Virus record (IMG/VR): IMGVR_UViG_3300006947_000007 | Coordinates: 18,406 to 82,405 of that record | Length of the DNA: 64,000 bases | Direction: 5' to 3' (one strand) | Source of the DNA: a virus | In this document: positions 50,187 through 58,954 of the stretch, piece after piece | Layout of the letters: each line of letters opens with the position of its first letter | Position numbering within the stretch: position 1 is the stretch's first letter | Translations under genes and position numbers: made by a program | Notes under the pieces: generated by a model | The model's database searches: none | Told to the model about the DNA's origin: nothing | Seen by the model: the letters and a program-made list of their open reading frames with translations, nothing else

Positions 50187-50702
50187 TGTCTTGGGGTGGT
50201 GGTCATACAGCAGAGAATTGTTGTATTTTTACAACAGGCCGCTAGCCACGTCTCATTTTTTTTATGGCTAGCTGTATAGGCCCCTTTAAGCCTTTATCTA
50301 TTGTATAGTGTAATCAACATGTTACTGTATAGCTTATAGTGTAATGTGTGTATTACATCTTTATCTATTGTGTATACACGTACACGTTCTTGTTATACCT
50401 TTATCACACGTACATGTTCTTACTATATGCTATACTACATATATTGTTACTATTATATACTATACTATATATTTTGTTAGTACTATAGTCTATTGTTATT
50501 GTTTTACTACTGTTATAGTTACTGTTACTACTATAAGTCTTATTGTTATTACTATAGTCTTTACTACTATGTGTTTCTTCTTATACATAATTTCCTTCCC
50601 CTTATACAGCTTAAAGTTTGAGATTGTATATAAGAGTGAGTATAAAAATTTTACGCTATACTTTTTTTCGAGTTACTACTACAGTCATTTATAAATATGT
50701 AC

Positions 50703-51809
50703 ATGAATAACAAATACAACTCGTGGTGTAAGTGGCATCCGCTTAAAACTATAATGCTAGGGAGATCATATTATCCTGAGTATTATCGCGATATTGGTAA
50801 CCCGAGGATAAAAGATTGTTTAGTTAGGATAGCAGAAGAAACAGAAGAAGACTTTAAGAATTACGAAAAAGTACTAACAGACTTTGGCTGTGAAGTTATT
50901 AGACCAGAGCTCGACCCTAATGAGAACATAATGGACTACGTTGATGACGAGGAAAAGTCTTGGCGAGTACAACCTAATGCTTGGACAGGTACTATACTAC
51001 GACCTCCTGCTCAGCCTCGTGATGCTCAATTAGTAATGGGTAATGAACTATTGCTTACTGGCAGAGATAACCCTGCTATTCAGGAAACACTTTTAAAGTA
51101 TAATAGTACTGATGTTTCAGACTTAGTAGAGGAAACACGAAACATTATAATATCAGAAGATGAAGCCTTTCATCATGTAAGTGGTGAGAAGTTGTTAGGG
51201 CAAGGTGCTTTAGAGTTTGATGCTCCTACTATGACGTGTGTAGGTAATAGAGTTTATATTGATCGTAAAGAAATACCTAAAGCAGTTATTGATCTACTTA
51301 AAGTTAAATATCCAGATAGAGAATTCATTCAAGTTAAGATAGGTGGACATTCAGACGGGTGCTTTCATACATTAAAGCCAGGCGCTATAATTTCACTTAA
51401 CGAAATACAAAGTTACAAAGATACGTTTCCGGGTTGGGACGTTTGCTATCTTCCTGATCAGTCTTGGAGTTTAGTAGAACCGTTCTCTGTATTAAAAAAG
51501 AAGAACAAAGGTAAGTGGTGGTTAGCTGGTGAAGAGAATAATAACGACTTTACTAATTTTGTAGAAACATGGTTAACGGATTGGGTAGGCTATGTTGAGG
51601 AAACTGTATTCGATGTTAATGTAGTAATGCTAGATGACAGTCATGTATGTGTTTCTAATTACAATAAACAAGTGTTTGACTTTTTAGAAAAGCATAACAT
51701 TGAACCAATCATAGTTCCGTTTAGACATAGGTACTTCTGGGATGGAGGGCTACATTGTGTAACATTAGACCTGTATCGCGAAGGCAGTATGGAAAACTAT
51801 TTCGAATGA
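50703..51809 (+). CDS. amidinotransferase (glycine/inosamine-phosphate amidinotransferase family)
   Basis: PRD, GHSDG, GGLHCVTLDL (catalytic Cys/His/Asp pattern). Confidence 0.85.
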   Translation: MNNKYNSWCKWHPLKTIMLGRSYYPEYYRDIGNPRIKDCLVRIAEETEEDFKNYEKVLTDFGCEVIRPELDPNENIMDYVDDEEKSWRVQPNAWTGTILRPPAQPRDAQLVMGNELLLTGRDNPAIQETLLKYNSTDVSDLVEETRNIIISEDEAFHHVSGEKLLGQGALEFDAPTMTCVGNRVYIDRKEIPKAVIDLLKVKYPDREFIQVKIGGHSDGCFHTLKPGAIISLNEIQSYKDTFPGWDVCYLPDQSWSLVEPFSVLKKKNKGKWWLAGEENNNDFTNFVETWLTDWVGYVEETVFDVNVVMLDDSHVCVSNYNKQVFDFLEKHNIEPIIVPFRHRYFWDGGLHCVTLDLYREGSMENYFE

Positions 51810-52074
51810 TAATGAAATTATATATGATAGCAATAGGCTTAATATGGCTGTGGTTATTCTATGCTTGGTTCAACGTTAGTTAAAATTAATCTACCGTTTC
51901 AGTTCATTTATCTAAAGTTCTATGTAAATACAGCATGTCCAATCAACAGTGGTTCTGGAAAACTAATAGGAAGAAAGCTACTACTAAGCCTGCGAGTTCG
52001 CGAGGACTTGTACCTCTAGATGCTACCGCAGACATGATCATGAAACTAAGAAAGCGTAAACCATAAGTACTAGC

Positions 52075-52263
52075 ATGATTAAATCACCGTGTTTAAAAAT
52101 ATGTGTTATGTCACCGCATAACAAAACTATATGCTCTGGGTGTCTCCGCACACTCGATGAGATCACAGCATGGCGTACACTAGATGATCCAAGTAAGTTG
52201 TTAGTACTTAAAGCGGTCAAGGCCAGACGTGCCCTACTTAAACAGTCAGATAATGGATGCTAA
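52075..52263 (+). CDS. DUF1289-like Cys-rich protein
   Basis: SPCLKIC...CSGCLRTLDEITAW. Confidence 0.8.
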   Translation: MIKSPCLKICVMSPHNKTICSGCLRTLDEITAWRTLDDPSKLLVLKAVKARRALLKQSDNGC

Positions 52264-52502
52264 TGCGGTTGTAAATAATACAGAAGGGGATTATTATGAT
52301 AGCGTTAAGCATACTCGGTTCGTTATTTTTATTGTGTATTACAATATATCTATATGACAAGTATTACTATAAAACAAAATCACGTAAATCATCTAAAGGG
52401 CTGTGGCGGCTATAGAGGCACCTGTACCCAATTTTAAGCGTCATACAGCAACATTAACGAACAAGTGCTATACACGGCATTAAAACTATAATAATTAATG
52501 CT

Positions 52503-52571
52503 TATCCGATTTAAATCGGATACAAACTATACAGGAATCCGGTTGACTTTGTGGTAGTGATATGCTATAAT
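52503..52571 (+). promoter_or_regulatory. 20-bp perfect palindrome plus sigma70 promoter
   Basis: TATCCGATTTAAATCGGATA, then TTGACT-N17-TATAAT-N6-ATG. Confidence 0.65.
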
Positions 52572-52577
52572 ATATGT

Positions 52578-52706
52578 ATGACTAAGAGTAAATTAGAAGT
52601 ACAATTAGATAGATCAAAGCATACTATGGAACTAGTAAGAACTGTTACAGCGTTACTTGTATTGGCCTTACAACTTGTTATCATCGGTAAGCTATTCGGA
52701 GGGTAA
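52578..52706 (+). CDS. 42-aa membrane peptide (MTKSKLEVQLDRSKHTMELVRT...)
   Basis: Leaderless position after -10; abuts next gene. Confidence 0.55.
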   Translation: MTKSKLEVQLDRSKHTMELVRTVTALLVLALQLVIIGKLFGG

Positions 52707-52707
52707 C

Positions 52708-53070
52708 ATGGCAAAGACTATAGAAGAAATAAAAGTAAAGTTAAACAACTGGACTGATGTTATTGTTAAAGCTGAAACTAAAAAGGATATGACTTATTCT
52801 TTTACGTTTAAGAATCAACAAGGACAAATGGTATGGGGATCTAAAGTTAGACCCTTACCACACGCTAGAGAGTTTTTAGTAGGTTGCGGTCAAAAGAAGT
52901 ATAAAGACTATGACTTCACAGCAGATAAGACTACTGGAGAATATTGTTACATGTTTAGAGATCCAGCAGTTGCTACATTATTCGGACTATGGTTTACTAA
53001 GGATTCGCCAGTAGCAACAACACAGTATACTAAGCAACACACTTGTCCAGAATGCGGACATGACTTTTAA
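52708..53070 (+). CDS. hypothetical protein with C-terminal Zn-ribbon half (CPECGH)
   Basis: GGAGG RBS. Confidence 0.6.
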   Translation: MAKTIEEIKVKLNNWTDVIVKAETKKDMTYSFTFKNQQGQMVWGSKVRPLPHAREFLVGCGQKKYKDYDFTADKTTGEYCYMFRDPAVATLFGLWFTKDSPVATTQYTKQHTCPECGHDF

Positions 53071-53695
53071 TGTTAAGCTGGCACAAGATGTACTACAAGA
53101 AAGTACAAAAGGCGTTAGGGATATCAGGCTATGCTATGGGGTGGCTTGCGTTTATTAAAGGATTAGTAGTGGGACTACTAATTGCTATATGGATTAGTTA
53201 AATGACTCTTGAACAAGTTCTCGAACAAGTACCAAGGCAACGTATATACAAATCAGAGGATATATTTGTATGTATTGCGTGTGAGAAGATGTACACAATA
53301 GAGATGATAGATGATCACCTTAATAAGTGTGAAAAACTAGAACAAAAATTAAATGACTAATAAACAAAAACTCTTATTAACATTCTTAACAGTATCATTC
53401 TTGTCAGGTTGCGGGATAAACATCTTTGGTCCTATGGCATTAATAAAAGAAGATAGCAATACAGTAAATACAGTAAATACATTAGAGGCGGTACCGCATG
53501 CGGTTCAGGAGTTATAATTGTCTAAGAGATTTAATAATTATAAATCGTACGATAACTGGGTAGTCGGTAGAGTTTATAAGGGTGATGATTGGCTCAACCA
53601 GTTCCAAGGAAAAGACTTTACACGAGCAATAAAGCCTAATATATTTAAACGTATTGTTACTTGGTATAAAAATAACTATTGGTTAGGTTAATATT

Positions 53696-53935
53696 ATGGA
53701 CAATGTAAAAACAACAACAGTTAAGCCACACATCAAGTGGGACGGCTTTAGAAAACAATACAACGGTATTATTAAAAACCTTTTAAACAATGTAGACATT
53801 TGTAATGAGCGTTATGTTAAAGAGGGTGAAGAAGGATATCTTGTACAGCGTGATGCGTATATAAACGAAATAGAAACAATGAAAGCATTTATCAAAACAG
53901 AAGAGATACGTTTAGGATATTATAACGATGAATAA
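53696..53935 (+). CDS. hypothetical protein
   Basis: ORF track; coupled to next gene. Confidence 0.55.
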   Translation: MDNVKTTTVKPHIKWDGFRKQYNGIIKNLLNNVDICNERYVKEGEEGYLVQRDAYINEIETMKAFIKTEEIRLGYYNDE

Positions 53936-54098
53936 GATTCCAATGAAAGGTGGCGATGAGTACGATGCCCTTACTAAGGCACGGAAGATTCACCATTGGA
54001 GCAAAGGTCAACTTAAAAAGATCAAACGAAGTTATAACAAACGCTTTCGTAAAGAAGGAAAGAAAATAGATGCAACAAAAATCAGAGTACTTATATGA
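53928..54098 (+). CDS. small basic protein (MNKIPMKGGDEYDALTKARK...)
   Basis: AGGA RBS; 56 aa; not in ORF track. Confidence 0.6.
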   Translation: MNKIPMKGGDEYDALTKARKIHHWSKGQLKKIKRSYNKRFRKEGKKIDATKIRVLI

Positions 54099-54624
54099 AT
54101 TGGATTTGCAGTACGATACATCTAAACTTCAAGAAGAAGTAGATGCATTAGATTTAGAACCGTACTTTAAAGACAATCCAAATAAAGATAGTTGGTTCGC
54201 AGGTCCAGAAACATGGTTATACGCAGATATACAAAACAAGGCTAACACAGAAGTTGATAGTATGAGTAAGCAATTAAAAGAATTACTAGGAACTAATGAT
54301 GTTGTGTTTGCTGTTATGCGCCAAAAAGCAAACACCGAAGTTCCAGTTCATAATGATAATCTGCCTAAGAGGATATTAGATAGGTATCCGGACACGAGGC
54401 CAATTCAATGTGCGGTCAATGTCCAATTAAATGATAACATTGGACCAATCAACTTTCCATCATTAGGTTCACTTGAAACATACAAATGTGCGTTGTTAAA
54501 CATATTAGAAGACCACGGAGTTCCGGCCTTTGAAACTGATAGATATTTTGTTAAATTTAAGATACTAGATGTGTCTTATAAGAAAGCACTTGAGAATTAT
54601 TTAAATTTTAAAATAAATAGATAG
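54070..54624 (+). CDS. 2OG-Fe(II) oxygenase-like protein
   Basis: PVHND, CAVN, DHGV...R. Confidence 0.55.
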   Translation: MQQKSEYLYELDLQYDTSKLQEEVDALDLEPYFKDNPNKDSWFAGPETWLYADIQNKANTEVDSMSKQLKELLGTNDVVFAVMRQKANTEVPVHNDNLPKRILDRYPDTRPIQCAVNVQLNDNIGPINFPSLGSLETYKCALLNILEDHGVPAFETDRYFVKFKILDVSYKKALENYLNFKINR

Positions 54625-54636
54625 GATATTATAACG

Positions 54637-54804
54637 ATGAAGAAATCAACTAATAGAGATATCAAAAAAGCAACACAACTTCAACACATTAAACAAAAAC
54701 TACACGACTTAAAGAACACTACTAAGAGTCGTAAAAAAGATAGCCTTGTTAAGAACTTAAAGAACTTAATGAAACGAGCAGTACGAAAAGGGACATACAA
54801 GTAA
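54637..54804 (+). CDS. small basic protein (MKKSTNRDIKK...)
   Basis: AGGA RBS; 55 aa. Confidence 0.5.
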   Translation: MKKSTNRDIKKATQLQHIKQKLHDLKNTTKSRKKDSLVKNLKNLMKRAVRKGTYK

Positions 54805-54805
54805 C

Positions 54806-55132
54806 ATGATAACAATAACTGAAGTAGGTGCCGAACGAGTAACTCGGTATTTAGAAAACAGAAAGAAAGGATTGGGCATCAGGGTCAAAATTCAAACGAC
54901 AGGATGTTCGGGTTACGCATATCATTTAGAGTTTGTTGATGAAGCAAATGACGATGATAGTATATTTGAATCAAACGGTGTAAAGATTTTAGTTGATAAT
55001 AAATCATTAACGATGATTGATGGCACAGAATTAGATTACAAAGTTGATGGCCTCAACGCAGGATTTGCCTTTAAGAATCCATACGAAGATGCAACATGCG
55101 GATGCGGAGAATCATTTACACTTAAAAACTAA
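54806..55132 (+). CDS. iscA: A-type Fe-S carrier IscA
   Basis: RKKGLGIRV..TTGCSGYAY.LEFVDE...CGCGESF; gamma/beta-proteobacterial style. Confidence 0.9.
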   Translation: MITITEVGAERVTRYLENRKKGLGIRVKIQTTGCSGYAYHLEFVDEANDDDSIFESNGVKILVDNKSLTMIDGTELDYKVDGLNAGFAFKNPYEDATCGCGESFTLKN

Positions 55133-55141
55133 AAGGAAACT

Positions 55142-55297
55142 ATGAGAACAAAAATAAGAATGCAATCATCGGAATCTCCACACTTTTATACACGACATAA
55201 GAATAATCGATTACATCCAGAAAAGATGAAGTTAAATATGTTTGACCCAACAGTAAGAAAGCACGTGGTGTATAATGAAAAGAAGATTAAGAAATAG
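55142..55297 (+). CDS. rpmG: 50S ribosomal protein bL33 (Zn-independent type)
   Basis: [51 protein letters not shown]; AAGGA RBS; missed by ORF track. Confidence 0.9.
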   Translation: MRTKIRMQSSESPHFYTRHKNNRLHPEKMKLNMFDPTVRKHVVYNEKKIKK

Positions 55298-55338
55298 GGG
55301 TTGACAACAGCGGCTGTTTGCAGTATACTAACAACACT

Positions 55339-55797
55339 ATGAGAATATCTAAAGAGTTCGAAAGCAGTTTAGAATTCGGCGACAAGCTAGAGAAGAACTA
55401 TGCTCTTACAGTGATCCAGAAGATACATCCTAAGTGTACTATACACGAACCAGAAGAGTATAGAGAAGATGGATTAGCAGTTCCTGATCATATAGTAAAG
55501 AAGGGTAAAAAAATTGTAGCCTTTTATGATAGCAAGAACAAGCGAAGCACATATAAAGTAAGAGGCGTACCAGAAAGATTCTGGAGCGTAGATGAGAAAC
55601 TATTAGAGTATAGAACGTATGCTCTAAAACATAAAGTTCCATGCTACTTGTTATTTTACAATAAGAGTAGTGATAAAGAGAATGTGTACATTGTTGATGT
55701 TACAGTTGAACCTAAATTCTACAAACGAATTAATAACAGATTTGGAGAACATTGGTTCGGCTACTACATATCACAAACAACACCATATGCGATATGA
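55339..55797 (+). CDS. PD-(D/E)xK nuclease-like protein
   Basis: E...PD...FYDSK pattern; TTGACA-N17-TATACT just upstream. Confidence 0.5.
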   Translation: MRISKEFESSLEFGDKLEKNYALTVIQKIHPKCTIHEPEEYREDGLAVPDHIVKKGKKIVAFYDSKNKRSTYKVRGVPERFWSVDEKLLEYRTYALKHKVPCYLLFYNKSSDKENVYIVDVTVEPKFYKRINNRFGEHWFGYYISQTTPYAI

Positions 55798-56150
55798 CAC
55801 TATCAGACGTAGTATTAAAAAAGAACACTAGGAACCATGACAGCAAGTACCGTCATATAACTAACAACACAAGTGACTATCATGCTATAATAGATTTCGG
55901 CAGTTTTGATTTAAGCATTGTCCAGAACGATAGAGACTACGGTAACAATCAAAATCAATTTCAAATTGTCGTATTCGGTAAAGATGGAGCAACAGAACTA
56001 GACTTACCAAACATACCAAAGGCGGGCTATGGATTAAACACACCTAGCTACAACAGTTGGTTAACATTCACAGACTTAGACAGCATACTCAGACAACTAG
56101 AGTTTGAAGCATTAGCAGTACATAAGTTTAAACCCAGACAAGTACAGTAA
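55794..56150 (+). CDS. hypothetical protein
   Basis: ATGA overlap with upstream gene. Confidence 0.55.
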   Translation: MTLSDVVLKKNTRNHDSKYRHITNNTSDYHAIIDFGSFDLSIVQNDRDYGNNQNQFQIVVFGKDGATELDLPNIPKAGYGLNTPSYNSWLTFTDLDSILRQLEFEALAVHKFKPRQVQ

Positions 56151-56157
56151 CTAACAA

Positions 56158-56234
56158 GTCTCCATAGCTCAGTTGGATAGAGCAACAGCCTTCTAAGCTG
56201 TAGGTCATAGGTTCGAATCCTATTGGGGACACCA
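56158..56234 (+). tRNA. tRNA-Arg(UCU)
   Basis: GTCTCCA...TGGGGAC-A-CCA cloverleaf, anticodon loop CTTCTAA. Confidence 0.95.
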
Positions 56235-56244
56235 CATTACACTA

Positions 56245-56504
56245 CGGAGTCGATTGATACAGAAAAGCAGTAATGCTAAAGCGAAGCGTAGCATATATGC
56301 TTTGAGCGACGACTGTGTAGACTCACACTAAAGAGCCTTAACTATCAGCTTGTATGTACAGACGTGCGACGCGGAGGTACATGCAAGAAGGCGGTTGTGT
56401 AGGAGCACAGTAAAGAAGGCAAAGACATCTGAAGAGTCAGCCCTGCTGACCTGAAGTGCCTGGTACTGTAGAAGCTACCGCCAAAAAAAAATCTAAAAGC
56501 TCCG
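56245..56504 (+). ncRNA. candidate structured ncRNA (~260 nt)
   Basis: GC-enriched, no long ORF, at least 7 nested helices with closing stem CGGAGT/GCTCCG. Confidence 0.55.
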
Positions 56505-56545
56505 CATATATCGTCCGCCAGCCCACCAATTATAATAACGTCATA

Positions 56546-57295
56546 TTATACTAGCCTACCGAAGCCCCACATTCGTTCTAAACAAAACCAACACACTTCA
56601 CAATGCGATGAGAAATCATCTGTCCATGCTTCGCAACTACGTGTAAGTGGGAATAGGGTATCTAGTAATCCGAAGTGTGAATACAGTTCAGCAACTGCTT
56701 TCTTATCTACATTAATCAATGGACTAAAGATATTACCAGGTGTTCCCCAATCAGGTGGGAACGTTGCGGGGTCACCGTAGTATTGTATGGGTAACAGCTT
56801 ATCTGTTTTGTTACGTTCGGGCGGCATACTTACTTCTTGATGTTTCTCATCTTGTCCTACGAACTCGCTAGGGTTTGCTGTAACACCATTGAACAAGCAA
56901 CGTATCTTTAAATTATCAAACAGCTTTTGGGTTATTAATCTTTGATCCTCATTATAGTTTGGATTGGCTTTACCTTCATCCCCCATGTGCGGGTTTATTT
57001 CTATAATGGGGTCCGAGCCTAGTCCTGTGATGTGCTCACCAAACGTAACAGTAGGCCATTGTTCCTTTAAGAAAGCAACTACACCTTTAGCAAACTTTAC
57101 TTGATATGCTTTACCTGGTTGGTCCATTGTGATCGGATACACAATAGGATCGCTGTTACATTCTTCTACAATAGCTTTACATAACATCCAACCTACTACA
57201 GCCGAGTCGGCACCGCCACTTACCTTATATCCTATATTCTTATAGTGTTTAGGAATTGTAAATTCAATACGGCCTTGTTTTGTATCTAATATCAT
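56546..57295 (-). CDS. QueC-like PP-loop ATP pyrophosphatase
   Basis: SGGADSA; TRSCE...HCEVCWFCLER Zn motif. Confidence 0.75.
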   Translation of the reverse strand: MILDTKQGRIEFTIPKHYKNIGYKVSGGADSAVVGWMLCKAIVEECNSDPIVYPITMDQPGKAYQVKFAKGVVAFLKEQWPTVTFGEHITGLGSDPIIEINPHMGDEGKANPNYNEDQRLITQKLFDNLKIRCLFNGVTANPSEFVGQDEKHQEVSMPPERNKTDKLLPIQYYGDPATFPPDWGTPGNIFSPLINVDKKAVAELYSHFGLLDTLFPLTRSCEAWTDDFSSHCEVCWFCLERMWGFGRLV

Positions 57296-57312
57296 ATGCT
57301 ATCTCAGTATAA

Positions 57313-57341
57313 TTGGATAGGCTCTTTGTTAACTAATTCAA
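57313..57341. repeat. 29-bp perfect direct repeat, copy 1
   Basis: TTGGATAGGCTCTTTGTTAACTAATTCAA, also at 57794..57822. Confidence 0.9.
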
Positions 57342-57763
57342 ACATTATTAATCTCCATCCAACGTTTTACTACTGGCATCAGTTGTTCGTGTGTATTATC
57401 AAACCAACCTTCGATGTGATAGTCTACATTACTGGGTGGTTCAAACATTGCATTAGTATCATCAAAGCGTCCTTCTTTAATAGTGTCCATCCATATTGTG
57501 AAGTCTGGATTAAAGTTTTGTCTTGCTTCTTCTGTAGGACAAATGAAATCACACACTGCAATTTTACCTGCCATAACTACACCATCTGCTAAGTGTTTCA
57601 TACGAACCGATTGTCTAATGCGACCTGATAGACTAAAGTCCCAATCATTATAACTTGTTCTAACTACGTCAGCATTAATCCATACACCATTAACTAGTTT
57701 AGCAAATGGTTCTGCTAGTGTTGACTTACCGCTACCTGGAAGTCCGCATATTAATATTTTCAT
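57338..57763 (-). CDS. cysC: adenylyl-sulfate (APS) kinase-like protein
   Basis: GLPGSGKST, ADVVR...DWDFS..GR, FICP, FEPP; start MKILI after GAGGA. Confidence 0.75.
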   Translation of the reverse strand: MKILICGLPGSGKSTLAEPFAKLVNGVWINADVVRTSYNDWDFSLSGRIRQSVRMKHLADGVVMAGKIAVCDFICPTEEARQNFNPDFTIWMDTIKEGRFDDTNAMFEPPSNVDYHIEGWFDNTHEQLMPVVKRWMEINNV

Positions 57764-57793
57764 CTTGCTTGTCCTCATGCCAGCAGTAAAACG

Positions 57794-57822
57794 TTGGATA
57801 GGCTCTTTGTTAACTAATTCAA
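57794..57822. repeat. 29-bp perfect direct repeat, copy 2
   Basis: Identical to 57313..57341. Confidence 0.9.
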
Positions 57823-58481
57823 TCAAGTTTACCAAAGCCCCATTCACGTTCTTTACAGTACCAACACTTGCCACAATGTTTACTAAAGTCTAACGTTACT
57901 TCTTCGCAACTGCGGGTCTCTAAGAACAGCGTATCCAGGAGATTATATTGTTTGTATATACTTGCTACACCTTGTTTATCTGTATTAATAAACGGTCGAT
58001 AACCAGGATGACTATTATCGCCGTTCCATTGAGCAAACTTGCCAAAGCGAGTATCGTCGAACTCACCTATTGACTCATCTTCAAACTGTTCTGATATTTC
58101 CCTTGGGGGGTTTTGAGTAATACCGTTGTAGTGTCTTTCAATCTTAAATTCGTTGTATGCTTTATCTAGTACTACGTCTTGAGCATCACTGTAATCCATA
58201 CTGCCTGTATCGTTGGTAACGTGTGCTATTACTTTTACAGATGGGAACTCGTGTTGTAACCATGTTATAACTTTTTTACTGAATATTCTTTGATACGGTT
58301 TATCGGTATGGTCAGTTGTTATAATTACAATTTCTACGTCTAAGTTTTGTTTGTGTATTGTTTTGAATATCATATACGAAACTCCGGCACTATCAGCACC
58401 ACCGGATACTTTAATACCTATTCGTTTTACTGTATCAAGATTGCCAAAGTTATAAGTGTCTTGTTCTGTTTTAAATATCAT
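57819..58481 (-). CDS. QueC-like PP-loop ATP pyrophosphatase
   Basis: SGGADSA; TRSCE...HCGKCWYCKER. Confidence 0.75.
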   Translation of the reverse strand: MIFKTEQDTYNFGNLDTVKRIGIKVSGGADSAGVSYMIFKTIHKQNLDVEIVIITTDHTDKPYQRIFSKKVITWLQHEFPSVKVIAHVTNDTGSMDYSDAQDVVLDKAYNEFKIERHYNGITQNPPREISEQFEDESIGEFDDTRFGKFAQWNGDNSHPGYRPFINTDKQGVASIYKQYNLLDTLFLETRSCEEVTLDFSKHCGKCWYCKEREWGFGKLD

Positions 58482-58953
58482 GTTTTAACATTTCTCTAAT
58501 TTCGTTATATGGCTTATCAAAACTTATTTGTAAAAAAAATCTATCTTTACTTGATTTAGGGACCGAATGTTCTTGTTGGTTGTTTTGTAAGTAAACACCT
58601 AAGTTATGATGTAGCGTCCAAGCGTAGCCAACATCATTTCTAAATATAGTAGGTGTCTCTGAAGCATTTAATTGAAACGTCATACTTGATTTTCTTTTGT
58701 CATCAGTATGCCAAGGTACCTCACCTTTGTTTTTTAAAAACACAGGCCACCCGACTTTTAAAAAATCCTTTGCTTTTTCTTTAAACCAGTTTGGTAATAA
58801 TTCTGCTTCGGTAACATGATTGTTATCAGGCGCATTATCTTTCTCAATTAAATACGGTTCAAAGTTACTATGCTGTGCTATTTGATATAGTTCGTCTCTT
58901 TCATTTTGATTCAAATTTATATCTACTTTACAATAAAAATCTTTTACTTCCAT
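58471..58953 (-). CDS. 2OG-Fe(II) oxygenase-like protein
   Basis: PWHTD, EHSV...RFFLQ. Confidence 0.6.
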   Translation of the reverse strand: MEVKDFYCKVDINLNQNERDELYQIAQHSNFEPYLIEKDNAPDNNHVTEAELLPNWFKEKAKDFLKVGWPVFLKNKGEVPWHTDDKRKSSMTFQLNASETPTIFRNDVGYAWTLHHNLGVYLQNNQQEHSVPKSSKDRFFLQISFDKPYNEIREMLKHDI

Positions 58954-58954
58954 G

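Noticed and set aside
50344-50694. 116-aa hydrophobic ORF
   Set aside because: Translation of TA-rich low-complexity DNA (Y/T/I/V); no RBS
56429-56456. Hammerhead ribozyme (CTGAAGA followed by a hairpin)
   Set aside because: Stem II is not followed by GAAA, and no stem III/NUH site is evident
48543-57822. CRISPR array from the 29-30-bp repeats
   Set aside because: Only two copies each, separated by whole genes; no cas genes
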